DNA of 64,000 nucleotides from an uncultured Bacteroidales bacterium (GTDB taxonomy: Bacteria; Bacteroidota; Bacteroidia; Bacteroidales; UBA11471). The position numbers and the translations under genes are program-made. The stretch covers positions 22,500 to 86,499 of the forward strand of contig CALUZW010000005.1 in assembly GCA_944325415.1 (NCBI GenBank), given 5' to 3'. Below, in pieces: positions 1 through 9,675 of the stretch (position 1 is the stretch's first letter; every line of letters starts with the position of its first letter). The notes under the pieces were generated by a model. The model was not told the origin of the DNA. It saw nothing but the letters and a program-made list of their open reading frames with translations, and made no database searches.

Positions 1-1
1 A

Positions 2-220
2 AAATTCACCACCGCCTACGAGAGCATCGTACTCTGCGGAAAGGCTTCGGTGGGACTGCCCGAAAGCGAACGCCGCCGGGCTCTCGAAATGATTCTCGAC
101 AAATACTCCCCCGACGACAAAGCGGTGGGGCTGAAATATGCCGAAAAATCGTTTCACCGCGCCGAGATTATCCGCATCGACATCGACACGATGAGCGGCA
201 AAAGCAAAGTGATACGATAG
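2..220 (+). CDS. C-terminal fragment of a pyridoxamine 5'-phosphate oxidase-like (split-barrel flavoprotein) family protein; 5' end outside window
   Basis: Frame is open from the window edge (codon phase from nt 2) to TAG at 218-220. The tail KFTTAYESIVLCGKASVGLPESERRRALEMILDKYSPDDKAVGLKYAEKSFHRAEIIRIDIDTMSGKSKVIR resembles C-termini of PNPOx/Nim-type proteins (recognised from memory only). Confidence 0.45.
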   Translation, partial: KFTTAYESIVLCGKASVGLPESERRRALEMILDKYSPDDKAVGLKYAEKSFHRAEIIRIDIDTMSGKSKVIR

Positions 221-315
221 GGTATTCTCCCTACCCCGTACCGGCCCCGCTCCATACCCGGCAGGAAACCGGTGCTTCAAGAAATTTACGTTATCTTTAC
301 CCGAAATTCCGATTT

Positions 316-1254
316 ATGGCAAAAGTCTCGGTCATCATACCCAACTACCGCCATGCCCCCTACTTGCAGGAGCGCATCGACTCGGTATTGGCCCAAACCT
401 GGCGCGATTTTGAAATCATCATCCTCGACGACTGTTCGCCCGACAATTCCCGGGAAGTCATCGAGCGCTACCGCGGCAACGAGAGAATCACCCACATCGT
501 ATATAACGAGCAGAACAGCGGGTCGACATTCGTGCAATGGCAGAAAGGATTCGACCTCTCGCAAGGTGAATACATATGGATTGCCGAGAGCGACGACTTT
601 GCCGAGCCCGGCTTCCTGGCCGCCTGCGTGGAACAGCTCGACCAGGACCCTGCCTGCACACTGGCCTACACCGAAAGCCGCCTCGTCGACGCCGAAAGCC
701 GCCCGATGAAGAAACGCATGAAGAAAGCCTACTCCCGGGGACGAGAGTGTGACATATGGGACGGGGAGGAGTTTGTCGTCGCCAACATGTTGCGATGCAA
801 CACGATATACAACGCCAGCATGGTCGTCTTCCGCAAGTCGGCACTTCCCGGCGACAGAAGTTACACCGGGTTCCGTCTCAACGGCGACTGGCTGTTCTGG
901 GTAGAGATAGCCCTCCAAGGCAGAGTGGCTCACATCAACAAGGCATTGAACAATTTCAGGCAGCACAACGTAAAGGTTACCCGCACGACCCATCGCGACG
1001 GCACTGCCCTGATAGAGCTGCTGCGGCTCTACGACATACTGTTGGCCCGCATCGCCCTGCCCCGCCGCACCCGCTGGGCTGTCGAAGGGCGCATAGCCCG
1101 GCATGCCCTACGGGCTCTACGACGCATCGACGACCCGGCACGTCAACGCGAAGTGTCGGCATTGTGGCACCAAAAATACAAGCATATACGATGGCGCATC
1201 GTATGGTACAAACTCTACCGCCACCTCTTCCTCCGTCCGCGTTTTATTCACTGA
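316..1254 (+). CDS. family 2 glycosyltransferase (GT-A fold)
   Basis: 312-aa ORF. N-terminus VSVIIPNYRHAPYLQERIDSVLAQTWRDFEIIILDDCSPDNS plus AESDD is the classic GT2 nucleotide-sugar binding/DxD region. Confidence 0.85.
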   Translation: MAKVSVIIPNYRHAPYLQERIDSVLAQTWRDFEIIILDDCSPDNSREVIERYRGNERITHIVYNEQNSGSTFVQWQKGFDLSQGEYIWIAESDDFAEPGFLAACVEQLDQDPACTLAYTESRLVDAESRPMKKRMKKAYSRGRECDIWDGEEFVVANMLRCNTIYNASMVVFRKSALPGDRSYTGFRLNGDWLFWVEIALQGRVAHINKALNNFRQHNVKVTRTTHRDGTALIELLRLYDILLARIALPRRTRWAVEGRIARHALRALRRIDDPARQREVSALWHQKYKHIRWRIVWYKLYRHLFLRPRFIH

Positions 1255-1270
1255 TTTTTTGCGTCATATC

Positions 1271-1315
1271 TATACAGCGAAGGCACCTCATATAGAGAGG
1301 TGCCTTCGCTGTATA
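1271..1315. terminator. bidirectional hairpin between convergent genes
   Basis: Perfect 19-bp stem tatacagcgaaggcacctc / gaggtgccttcgctgtata with a 7-nt loop. It lies between the GT2 stop (1254) and the esterase stop (1323). Confidence 0.7.
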
Positions 1316-1322
1316 AAGAGGT

Positions 1323-2729
1323 TCAGCGGGAGAGGGTTGCCATCAACTCCTCCCACGAACGGAGGGCCCCCTCGGGAAGAGAGGCGGCAGAGCCAAACAT
1401 CTGCAACTGTTCGGGCGTCTCGATGGTTACCCGACTCTCGTCGCAACGTCGGGCATCAAGGCCGAAAACGTCGATAAAGAAATCATAGACCGCCCGCCGT
1501 TTGGTTGGGGTAAACTGGTGCCGCTCCTCGGGGAAATGCACATTGCGCACCGCTTCGGCAGCACCATAATAGCCGTAGATATCTTGCAGGAAGGGATATT
1601 CGAGTGTAGGCACGCTGGCCGTCCAGTCGCCACCGTCGGAGACAACAAGCATGGGTTTGGGGGCAAAGATGGCTGCCAGCTCGGCATTGCAGGTTCCTCC
1701 GCAGGCCCGGGTTGTACCCATACCGCTCTCGCACGGACATCCCCCATCGAAGTGTGATGTAAACGACATGACCGGCGCCGCTGCCGTGTACCGGTTGTCG
1801 AGCAGCGTGAGGAAGACCGAGAGGGTTCCACCTCCCGAGCCGCCACACACCCCGATGCGTGTCGTGTCGATGTCGTTGCGGTCGGAGAGCATACGGTCGA
1901 GAATCTTCATGCCCCACAGGCATTGCAGGGGCTGTGCAAGTGCATGGGTGTGCGACGCACTGCCCAGCTGCATCTCCGACTCACCCCACCCCACAAGGTC
2001 GAACGATACGCACACGGCACCGGCACGAGCCAGTGCCGCATAGCGGTACTGCATATCGGGATTGTAGCGGGCTCCGGCCCAGTGGCCGGCCGGCATCATG
2101 ATGAGCGGGTGGTCTCCCCGTTTCCGCGGTGCATATATCGAGCCGCAGACATAGAGGCCGGGAAGGGTTTCCAATGCAAAATTCTGTACCGTATAACCAT
2201 CGTACTTGCGGACTTTCCCTTCGACATAACGGGGCGATGCCACAGACTTTTCAAGGAGTGGGTCGATGCCCAGGAGTCGCCTGAAATCCTGCAACAGAAG
2301 CGTGCGGCGCTGTTCCCACTCCGCCCGGTTGTGATACTTTCCGTGCAGCCAGGCTATGAGTTTTTCTCCATCGGCCGGGGTACGGCGGTAATACTCATAA
2401 GGTTTTACCTTGTAGGTATTCTTTTTCTGTCGCTCATACCGGTATGCTACGGGCGAAAGCACATTCTGCATCGTCTCCTCGAACGAATAGGGTCGGATGC
2501 GGAAATCGGCATAGGTAAGCATCTGCCCGGCCATAGCCGTTGTATCCAGTTTGAGACGCACGCCGAAGTGTTGCTCTATCTCACGCATCACATCGAGAAG
2601 CGGCCGTTCAAAACGGTTCTCGTAGCAGGGCGTAACCTCCTGCGCCCGCAATGAGGCCACACCGGGCCATAAAATAAAAAGGCAGAGTATGCCCCACCAT
2701 TTGTGTTCTGTTTTTGAGGGATGTCTCAT
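1323..2729 (-). CDS. secreted alpha/beta-hydrolase, probable carbohydrate esterase
   Basis: 468-aa ORF with an N-terminal signal peptide (WWGILCLFILWPGVASLRAQE). Nucleophile elbow GVCGGSGGG (GxSxG) lies in a dienelactone-hydrolase/acetyl-esterase-like C-terminal half. Substrate not determinable from sequence. Confidence 0.65.
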   Translation of the reverse strand: MRHPSKTEHKWWGILCLFILWPGVASLRAQEVTPCYENRFERPLLDVMREIEQHFGVRLKLDTTAMAGQMLTYADFRIRPYSFEETMQNVLSPVAYRYERQKKNTYKVKPYEYYRRTPADGEKLIAWLHGKYHNRAEWEQRRTLLLQDFRRLLGIDPLLEKSVASPRYVEGKVRKYDGYTVQNFALETLPGLYVCGSIYAPRKRGDHPLIMMPAGHWAGARYNPDMQYRYAALARAGAVCVSFDLVGWGESEMQLGSASHTHALAQPLQCLWGMKILDRMLSDRNDIDTTRIGVCGGSGGGTLSVFLTLLDNRYTAAAPVMSFTSHFDGGCPCESGMGTTRACGGTCNAELAAIFAPKPMLVVSDGGDWTASVPTLEYPFLQDIYGYYGAAEAVRNVHFPEERHQFTPTKRRAVYDFFIDVFGLDARRCDESRVTIETPEQLQMFGSAASLPEGALRSWEELMATLSR

Positions 2730-2854
2730 ATTTCAACTATTTAGACCGAGAAACAAAGATAGCGAAAACTCTCTTTTCCGCCCTTCTCTACCGTTCAAAA
2801 AAAGAGCGCCGTCGAAATTTTCATTAAAAGAGAATATCGACAGCAGATAATGCC

Positions 2855-2862
2855 TATCTTTG
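2855..2862 (+). promoter_or_regulatory. candidate Bacteroidetes -7 promoter box (TAnnTTTG)
   Basis: tatctttg, 96 nt upstream of the map start codon. Confidence 0.4.
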
Positions 2863-2957
2863 AGGGAGAAGACAGAGCCCGCGGCCTATCAATGAGCAGA
2901 CAACCACACTCGTCGTTATAGGGCCCGGCATTGCCTTCCGTTTGAAAACCATACATT

Positions 2958-3815
2958 ATGCCAAGGAAAATCATCAACAACTGGAAAATCACCAAAGGGG
3001 CTCCGCTCACCGAACTCGACAAGAAGATTCTCTTCTTCCAGAATCACGGCTGCCTTGTGCCCAGCCGGAGCCTGATAAAGACCCCCGAACAAATCGAAGG
3101 CATACGCCGCAGCGGTGCCGTCAACACCGGCGTACTCGACCTGGTAGCCAAAGAAATCAAAGCCGGAATGTCAACTGCCGAAATCGACCGTCTGGTCTAC
3201 GACTACACGGTAGCACACGGCGCCGTTCCTGCACCGCTCAACTACGAAGGCTTTCCCAAAAGCGTATGCACCTCCATCAACGAAGTGGTGTGCCACGGCA
3301 TACCCAGCGAAGATGAGATTCTGCAAGAGGGCGACATCATCAATGTCGACGTGTCGACCATTCTCGACGGTTACTATTCCGACGCTTCCCGTATGTTCAT
3401 CATCGGGAAAACGACTCCCGAAAAAGAGAAACTGGTGCGCGTCACCAAAGAGTGTCTCGAAATAGGTATGCGGGCGGCCAAACCCTTCGGCTTTGTAGGC
3501 GACATCGGAAACGCCATACAGCGACACGCCGAGAAAAACGGCTTCTCGGTCGTACGCGACCTCTGCGGGCATGGCGTAGGGCTTGCCTTCCACGAAGAGC
3601 CCGAGGTACTCCACTTCGGCCGTAAAGGCACCGGCATGCTGCTGGTTCCGGGTATGGTATTCACCATCGAACCCATGATAAACATGGGCAGCTGGCACGT
3701 CTTCATCGACGAAGACGACGGCTGGACGGTCGTTACCGAAGACGAGAAACCCTCGGCCCAATGGGAACACACCTTCCTGATGACCGAGAACGGCCTTGAA
3801 ATATTGACCTATTAA
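2958..3815 (+). CDS. map: type I methionine aminopeptidase
   Basis: 285-aa ORF with VCHGIP, DIINVDVSTILDGYYSDASRMF, CGHGVG, FTIEPM and EHT metal-ligand blocks typical of MetAP1. Confidence 0.95.
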   Translation: MPRKIINNWKITKGAPLTELDKKILFFQNHGCLVPSRSLIKTPEQIEGIRRSGAVNTGVLDLVAKEIKAGMSTAEIDRLVYDYTVAHGAVPAPLNYEGFPKSVCTSINEVVCHGIPSEDEILQEGDIINVDVSTILDGYYSDASRMFIIGKTTPEKEKLVRVTKECLEIGMRAAKPFGFVGDIGNAIQRHAEKNGFSVVRDLCGHGVGLAFHEEPEVLHFGRKGTGMLLVPGMVFTIEPMINMGSWHVFIDEDDGWTVVTEDEKPSAQWEHTFLMTENGLEILTY

Positions 3816-3906
3816 GACTTGTTTCTCCTTAACTTCCCCCGAATATCCCACACAACGACAAAAACCCAAACGACATATATTCAAACCAAAAAATAAATCT
3901 ACTACG

Positions 3907-5805
3907 ATGAAAAAAACACTTTTAATTTTACCTTCATTCCTATTGTCCTGCATATTCTCGATACAGGCCCAAGATGTATCTACGCTCTCTTGGTCTCAGG
4001 TATGTTCGGGAAAAATGGGTACCGAATGGTATGGAACAGACGAAGCCCAGCGTATTGCCGATGACGTATTGTATGTACAGAAGGTCAACGGTGGCTGGAT
4101 GAAAAATGATGAGTTACACAAACTTACCGCGGAACAGAAACAGACCCTTTACAACAAACGCAACGAACACTCCTGCCTCGACAATGCAGCCACGACACAA
4201 GAGATGCGCTTCCTGGCCAAAGTCTACAAACAGACCGGTATCGAAAAATACAAAACGGCTTTCATGAAAGGTCTTTCCCTTATTCTCACGGCAGAGAAAG
4301 GGTGTGGCGGCTGGTCGCAATATTGGCCGCTCTCGGGCAACGGAAGCTATCAGGACTACATAACCTTCAACGACAACCTGACGACCAACGTCATGAAACT
4401 CCTGCAAGAGATCATCGGCAATAAAGGCGACTTTGAGAACCTCGTCGATGCCGAGACCCGTACACGTTGCGAGGCAGCCTTCCAGAAAGGATTGGAGGTA
4501 ATCATCAAATGCCAGGTCGACGACAATGGTACCAAGGCGGCATGGTGTGCCCAACACGACACAACGACATTCCTGCCTGCCGAAGGCCGGCCACACGAGT
4601 TGCCATCTATCAGCGGCAGCGAATCGGCCAGCCTGCTCTCGTTCCTGATGACCATAGAAAACCCGTCGGAAGAGTTAAAGGCCACCATCACATCGGCCGT
4701 CGAATGGCTCGATGCCCATAAAATCGAAGGTAAAGCCATTGAAGAGTTTACCAACGATAACGGAGAAAATGACCGCCGAGTCATCGACAAGGCCGGCAGT
4801 GCCATCTGGGGCCGTTTTATACAGTTGGGTGGCGCAACAGGAGAGGAATCTTACAATGCCTTCTTTACCAAGCTGAGAAATCGCAACAAGTCCCGCTCTT
4901 ACACGACAGGCGGCAAAACCTATACATATACCGAATATGAGATTGCCACTACCTCGTACCGCCCCGAAATGGCCTACCAACCCATCTATGCCATCTACGA
5001 CGACCAGTATCAGCATCTTTATTACCGATTCCTTTACAACTTCGAAGATACCGAACCCGAAGTTGACAGCAAAGGTCTTGCCATACCCACCTCGCTGAAT
5101 GCCATACGGCGCACAAGCTACCAGTTCTTGGGAAGTTGGTGCATGAATGTCATCAATGTGGAATACCCCGCTTGGTTGCAACGCATCAAGGATCAAGAGG
5201 AGTCGGTAGGTTACACCACCTATGCATTAACCTCGGACACTTACACGGGCACCACGACCAGCGGCACCTCTACGTTTTATAATTTCTCCGACGGAATCAG
5301 CATATCCAACGAGAAAGGAAAGGGTTATGCAACAGGACTCTCTTCCGTCAAAAGCATCAAATATTCGGCCGGAGTAAAATACATCATCAAACTGCCCGAA
5401 GAAATTGCGGTAGATAAAATCAAATTTTACGGATACGACAACTATGCCGAAGCCGAAGCCTACATCAGCGAACTTAACGGCACGACATACAACAGTTCCG
5501 AATATGTATTTCCGGCCAAAGATGCGAACGGCACAGCCCAACTTACGTCGCACACCATAGAATTTGCCGACCAGCCGGCAACGGGAGCCATAGGATTTAC
5601 TATTGCCGGCAAGCAATGCGGACTTGCCATAACTCTCTTCTGCAAAGATTCAACCAGCGGAACCACTGCCATCAAGAGAGAGAATCCATCTACCGAGAGA
5701 GCAATAAAGCAGTTCAAAGAGGGGCAGCTCCTCCTCTACCGCGACGGAACATGGTATAACCTCTCGGGACAAATCGTCGAGAAAACCGCAACGACCGATA
5801 AATAA
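3907..5805 (+). CDS. PelA/Pel-15E-type (PL10) pectate lyase with an extra ~200-aa C-terminal module
   Basis: 632-aa ORF with a signal peptide. VQKVNGGWMKND, GCGGWSQYWP, ITFNDN and AAWCAQHD blocks match the PL10 alpha/alpha-toroid family as I recall it. Residues ~435-632 lie outside the catalytic domain. Confidence 0.75.
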   Translation: MKKTLLILPSFLLSCIFSIQAQDVSTLSWSQVCSGKMGTEWYGTDEAQRIADDVLYVQKVNGGWMKNDELHKLTAEQKQTLYNKRNEHSCLDNAATTQEMRFLAKVYKQTGIEKYKTAFMKGLSLILTAEKGCGGWSQYWPLSGNGSYQDYITFNDNLTTNVMKLLQEIIGNKGDFENLVDAETRTRCEAAFQKGLEVIIKCQVDDNGTKAAWCAQHDTTTFLPAEGRPHELPSISGSESASLLSFLMTIENPSEELKATITSAVEWLDAHKIEGKAIEEFTNDNGENDRRVIDKAGSAIWGRFIQLGGATGEESYNAFFTKLRNRNKSRSYTTGGKTYTYTEYEIATTSYRPEMAYQPIYAIYDDQYQHLYYRFLYNFEDTEPEVDSKGLAIPTSLNAIRRTSYQFLGSWCMNVINVEYPAWLQRIKDQEESVGYTTYALTSDTYTGTTTSGTSTFYNFSDGISISNEKGKGYATGLSSVKSIKYSAGVKYIIKLPEEIAVDKIKFYGYDNYAEAEAYISELNGTTYNSSEYVFPAKDANGTAQLTSHTIEFADQPATGAIGFTIAGKQCGLAITLFCKDSTSGTTAIKRENPSTERAIKQFKEGQLLLYRDGTWYNLSGQIVEKTATTDK

Positions 5806-5828
5806 CACAGAATTTTCCCGCATAAAGG

Positions 5829-5866
5829 AAGAGGGATAACCGACTTCAACGTCAGTTATCCCTCTT
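5829..5866. terminator. bidirectional hairpin between convergent genes
   Basis: 12-bp stem aagagggataac / gttatccctctt, followed by a T-rich tract. It sits between the PL10 stop (5805) and the CNNM stop (5885). Confidence 0.6.
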
Positions 5867-5884
5867 TCTTTATCCTCGTTACGA

Positions 5885-7177
5885 TTAATTTTCTGTTTCG
5901 TCTCCGGTATCGGTGCGTTCTACCAGTACCTTGTCGATGCGGGCCCCGTCCATGTCGACCACCTCAAAGGAGAAACCGTTCCAGGCGACCTTCTCTCCGG
6001 CATGGGGTATATGCTCCAACAGGTCGAGCAGCAAACCGCTTATGGTGTTGTAGCTGGCCTGCTCGTAAAGTTCCTCCCTGTCGAAGTAGGTCAGAAAATC
6101 GTAAAACGAACATTGTCCGTCGACCAGCCAACTCTCCGAGTCGGCCCGCTTGACAATATCGGGCTCTTCGTGGGGGTTCTCTATCGAGCCGACCAACCCT
6201 TCGAGTATATCGCGCAACGTGATGATGCCCTGACAGCTTCCGAACTCGTCGCATATCAGCGCCTGGCTGATGCGCTTCTCCTTCATCTGTGCCAAAGCGT
6301 CATATACACTCATCGTCTCATGGAAAAAGGTTGCCGGGGTAATGACTGTGCGGAAATCGAAATCTTCGTCGTCGAGATGGAAAACCAGGCTCTTCAACGA
6401 AACAACCCCCTTTACATCGTCGAACGAACGGTCGACTACGGGGTACATCTCGTGTACGGTTTCGCGTACCACGGCCTTTACCTCTTCGCGACTCATGGCT
6501 ATATCAAGAGCCACCATATCGGTGCGGTATGTCATCAGGGCGTTGACTTTCAAATCGCCCATGATAAGGACTCGTTCCATGATGTCCTGCTCAACCTCCT
6601 GCACCTCTCCATCTTCGGCACCTTCCTGTATAATCGACTTTATCTCGTCTTCGGTAACCTTGCTGCCACCGTCTTTGATTCCCAGCAGATGAAAGATGGC
6701 CGACGTACTTTGCGCCAGTATCCACACAAAAGGGGCTGCCACAATCGATATGAAATACATAAAAGGCGCTATCAACTTAGATATGCGCTCGGCCGAACTC
6801 ATGCCTATACGCTTAGGCACCAACTCACCAAAGATGATGGTAAAATAGGTAACCAAGATAACGATGATGGTCTGTGCCAACGGCTGGGCATATATTGCCG
6901 GCACCTGCCACTCCAATAATACTGCGGCAAAATCGTCGGACAAGGTTGCTCCGGAGTAGATACCCGTGAGTATACCTATGAGCGTAATGCCTATCTGCAC
7001 GGTCGAGAGAAACTTCTCGGGTTCACAAGCCAGTTTCAAGGCTGTTTTCGCCGACTTGCTACCTTTCTTTTCATCAGAAGCCAGACTCGATTTGCGGGCC
7101 GAAACCACGGCCATCTCCGACATTGAAAAAAGTCCATTCAGTAAAATAAGGAAGATAATGATGAGAATCTCGTTCAT
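5885..7177 (-). CDS. CNNM/HlyC-CorC family transporter (DUF21 membrane domain + CBS pair + CorC_HlyC)
   Basis: 430-aa ORF. N-terminal TM region (MNEILIIIFLILLNGLFSMSEMAVVSARK), GELVPKR motif, CBS-pair region and C-terminal CorC-type domain. Confidence 0.85.
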   Translation of the reverse strand: MNEILIIIFLILLNGLFSMSEMAVVSARKSSLASDEKKGSKSAKTALKLACEPEKFLSTVQIGITLIGILTGIYSGATLSDDFAAVLLEWQVPAIYAQPLAQTIIVILVTYFTIIFGELVPKRIGMSSAERISKLIAPFMYFISIVAAPFVWILAQSTSAIFHLLGIKDGGSKVTEDEIKSIIQEGAEDGEVQEVEQDIMERVLIMGDLKVNALMTYRTDMVALDIAMSREEVKAVVRETVHEMYPVVDRSFDDVKGVVSLKSLVFHLDDEDFDFRTVITPATFFHETMSVYDALAQMKEKRISQALICDEFGSCQGIITLRDILEGLVGSIENPHEEPDIVKRADSESWLVDGQCSFYDFLTYFDREELYEQASYNTISGLLLDLLEHIPHAGEKVAWNGFSFEVVDMDGARIDKVLVERTDTGDETEN

Positions 7178-7494
7178 GGATATTTCTATGGTTCATGACA
7201 GAGTCGCCCAGAGATATTGTGAAACTTTACGGTACAAAACGACTCTTTGCGCAAAGATACAACTATTGAAAGAAAAAAAATCTAAAAATATCTATATATG
7301 CAATAACACCGAAAAGGAAATCATAGAATTCAGCAAAAAAAATGAAAACCCGTTGATTAATCACCCCACGAAAAACGACGGCCTTGCAACCCCAACTTCA
7401 CGGCAACAATATACAACCATGTACTTGAAATCTTTACGTTAATTTTTTACAGTCATCGTTTTATGCCGGGGCTACAGTCTGTCCGATTTATTTG

Positions 7495-7502
7495 TACCTT
7501 TG
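7495..7502 (+). promoter_or_regulatory. candidate -7 promoter box (TAnnTTTG)
   Basis: tacctttg, 22 nt upstream of ATG 7524. This argues against the longer ORF start at 7500. Confidence 0.45.
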
Positions 7503-7523
7503 CACATCAAAAAAAATCTGGTT

Positions 7524-8195
7524 ATGAAAAAGATATTAAAACGATATCTGTTATTTGTGGTTGGCCTCTATTTTCTGTCGGCCGGCATTGTGCTTATTCT
7601 GCGTTCATCACTCGGGACAACCCCCATTTCCAGTGTCAACTATGTATTGAGCCTGAACACGGCCTTTTCGTTAGGGACATGGACATTCCTTATCAATCTG
7701 CTGCTCATCGTCGGCCAGTTCTGGTTTGTACGCGACCGCATGAACCGCCGCGATACGGTAGAGATTCTGCTCCAAATACCCTTTTCATTCCTCTTCGGAC
7801 TCTTCATCGACGTGAACATGGTCCTCACGGAAACCCTGCAACCGCAGCACTATATTCTCTCCATCGTGCTGTTGCTGCTGGGCTGCCTGATACAAGCCGT
7901 GGGTGTGGTACTGGAAATAAAACCCCGGGTTGCCATGATGAGTGCCGAGGGATTTGTCAGCTACGCATCTCGCCGTTATAACAAAGATTTCGGCAAAATG
8001 AAAGTACTCTTCGACGTCTCCCTGGTCACTCTGGCACTCGTCTTGTCGCTCGTGCTGGCCCACAAGATTGAAGGGGTGCGCGAGGGAACCATCATTGCCG
8101 CCTGCATCACGGGATACATCGTCAGTTTCCTGAGCAACAGAATACTGACACGGGCCACTCTCCGCAAGATTCTCCCGGCCAAGATTTCCATCTGA
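7524..8195 (+). CDS. YczE/YitT-like integral membrane protein
   Basis: Polytopic hydrophobic ORF. MKKILKRYLLFVVGLYFLSAGIVLILRSSLGTTPISS resembles the YczE/DUF6198 family. Start moved to 7524 because of the promoter box. Confidence 0.6.
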   Translation: MKKILKRYLLFVVGLYFLSAGIVLILRSSLGTTPISSVNYVLSLNTAFSLGTWTFLINLLLIVGQFWFVRDRMNRRDTVEILLQIPFSFLFGLFIDVNMVLTETLQPQHYILSIVLLLLGCLIQAVGVVLEIKPRVAMMSAEGFVSYASRRYNKDFGKMKVLFDVSLVTLALVLSLVLAHKIEGVREGTIIAACITGYIVSFLSNRILTRATLRKILPAKISI

Positions 8196-8216
8196 CAGAC
8201 ATATCCACAACAAGAG

Positions 8217-8249
8217 CGAAGGGGTACCGCCAACGGCGGTACCCCTTCG
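8217..8249. terminator. bidirectional hairpin between convergent genes
   Basis: Perfect 15-bp stem cgaaggggtaccgcc / ggcggtaccccttcg with a 3-nt loop. Confidence 0.7.
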
Positions 8250-8274
8250 TAATATCAAAAGAAAAGGCTCTTCC

Positions 8275-9429
8275 TTATTTCATCTTGTAGATTTCGGTTC
8301 CGGCCATCAGGAAAGCACCCAAACCGAAGTCATCGAAGTCGGGCTCGCGGTCATAGGTAACGGGCTGGGCCTCTTTCGGCTCCTTACCCGACCCCTGCAC
8401 ATAACCCAAGAAACCGTTGGGGTGGAGACAATCTTTCACCATGGCGTTCCAAGCCTTGTAGATAACGGGTTCGTACTCGGCAGCATCGAGGAGACCGTTG
8501 TTGACACCATAAGCCATTCCATAGATAAACATGGCCGTTCCTGTCAATTCCTTTCCGCCGTAATTATTGGGGTCGTGCAGGCTGACATTCCACAGACCGT
8601 CTTCGCGCTGTACCTTTTTCAGGGATTCGCACATATCGACCAGCATCGTGGCATATTCCTGACGGTGAGGTTCATCGGCCGGCAGCAGTTCGAGCATGCG
8701 CACCATGGCTACGACAATCCAGCCATTACCCCGCGACCAGTAGCAGTCTTCGCCATTGGGTTCGGTATAGGGAGGATCGAAATCGCCGTCACGCCACCAC
8801 AGCTGATCTTCGGGGTTGTAAAGACCATTGGCTCCGTGGCGGGTCTTGGTGTAGTTGTACATGGCATAGGCACGCTCGTAATAGGCCGTGTCGCCGGTGA
8901 TATTTCCCAGTTGGGCAAAGATGGGCATCGCCATCTGCACGGCATCAATCCAGTGCCAGTCGTCGATTTTGTCGGTAACCATCATCGAGTCGATGGAGGT
9001 CTTGATATTGGCAATATAATGCTCGGGCTTTTCGGGATCGAGTTCATAGAGATAGATATAGGCCTGACCGGCGCACTGGTTGTCGGCATTGCGGGTTTTC
9101 CAGCCGTTCTTGGTACCGCGCAGTTTCCAGTCGTGCTTGTTGCCCCACTCCAACATATAGTCGAGATAGCGTTGCTGGGGGTCAATCTCCCACAAGTCGA
9201 TAAGACCTTCATAGTAGTAAGCACGGGTCCACACATTGGTCTCATAGTTGCGCTTGCGCGACGGATAGGGAATCTCCTCACCGGGATCGCTCCACTTCTC
9301 CATAAAATAGTCATTTGCCAAGCGGAGGGCTTTCAATACATCTTCTTTCTCGGGTTTCTGGGTCGAGGGTTTCTCGGCACAACCGGCCAGGAACAACAGA
9401 CCCAAGACAAGGACTGATAGTTTCTTCAT
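8275..9429 (-). CDS. GH105/GH88-type unsaturated (rhamno)galacturonyl hydrolase lipoprotein
   Basis: 384-aa ORF with lipobox LLFLAGC. (alpha/alpha)6 family blocks include WWRDGDF, YWSRGNGW, GKELTGTAMF and GYVQGSG. Neighbouring pectinases favour GH105. Confidence 0.8.
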   Translation of the reverse strand: MKKLSVLVLGLLFLAGCAEKPSTQKPEKEDVLKALRLANDYFMEKWSDPGEEIPYPSRKRNYETNVWTRAYYYEGLIDLWEIDPQQRYLDYMLEWGNKHDWKLRGTKNGWKTRNADNQCAGQAYIYLYELDPEKPEHYIANIKTSIDSMMVTDKIDDWHWIDAVQMAMPIFAQLGNITGDTAYYERAYAMYNYTKTRHGANGLYNPEDQLWWRDGDFDPPYTEPNGEDCYWSRGNGWIVVAMVRMLELLPADEPHRQEYATMLVDMCESLKKVQREDGLWNVSLHDPNNYGGKELTGTAMFIYGMAYGVNNGLLDAAEYEPVIYKAWNAMVKDCLHPNGFLGYVQGSGKEPKEAQPVTYDREPDFDDFGLGAFLMAGTEIYKMK

Positions 9430-9675
9430 CGATTCTTGTTTTTAATAGATTTTCTTTTCATGGTTATACTTTCTCAAAAATCGGAGGCATAAAGATGCTT
9501 TTCCGACATTATCGGGTGTAAAATTAAGCTTTTCTCTCGATTTATGACGCAATTTTTCTTATTTATTCTTATCGACCTGTCGCAAGACGGGCAATAATAC
9601 AAACTTTTGTTTACTTTTGTCACGACGCAACGACCGGCTAAACTGCCCGCCGCGCTCTTATAAACGACATATAAA

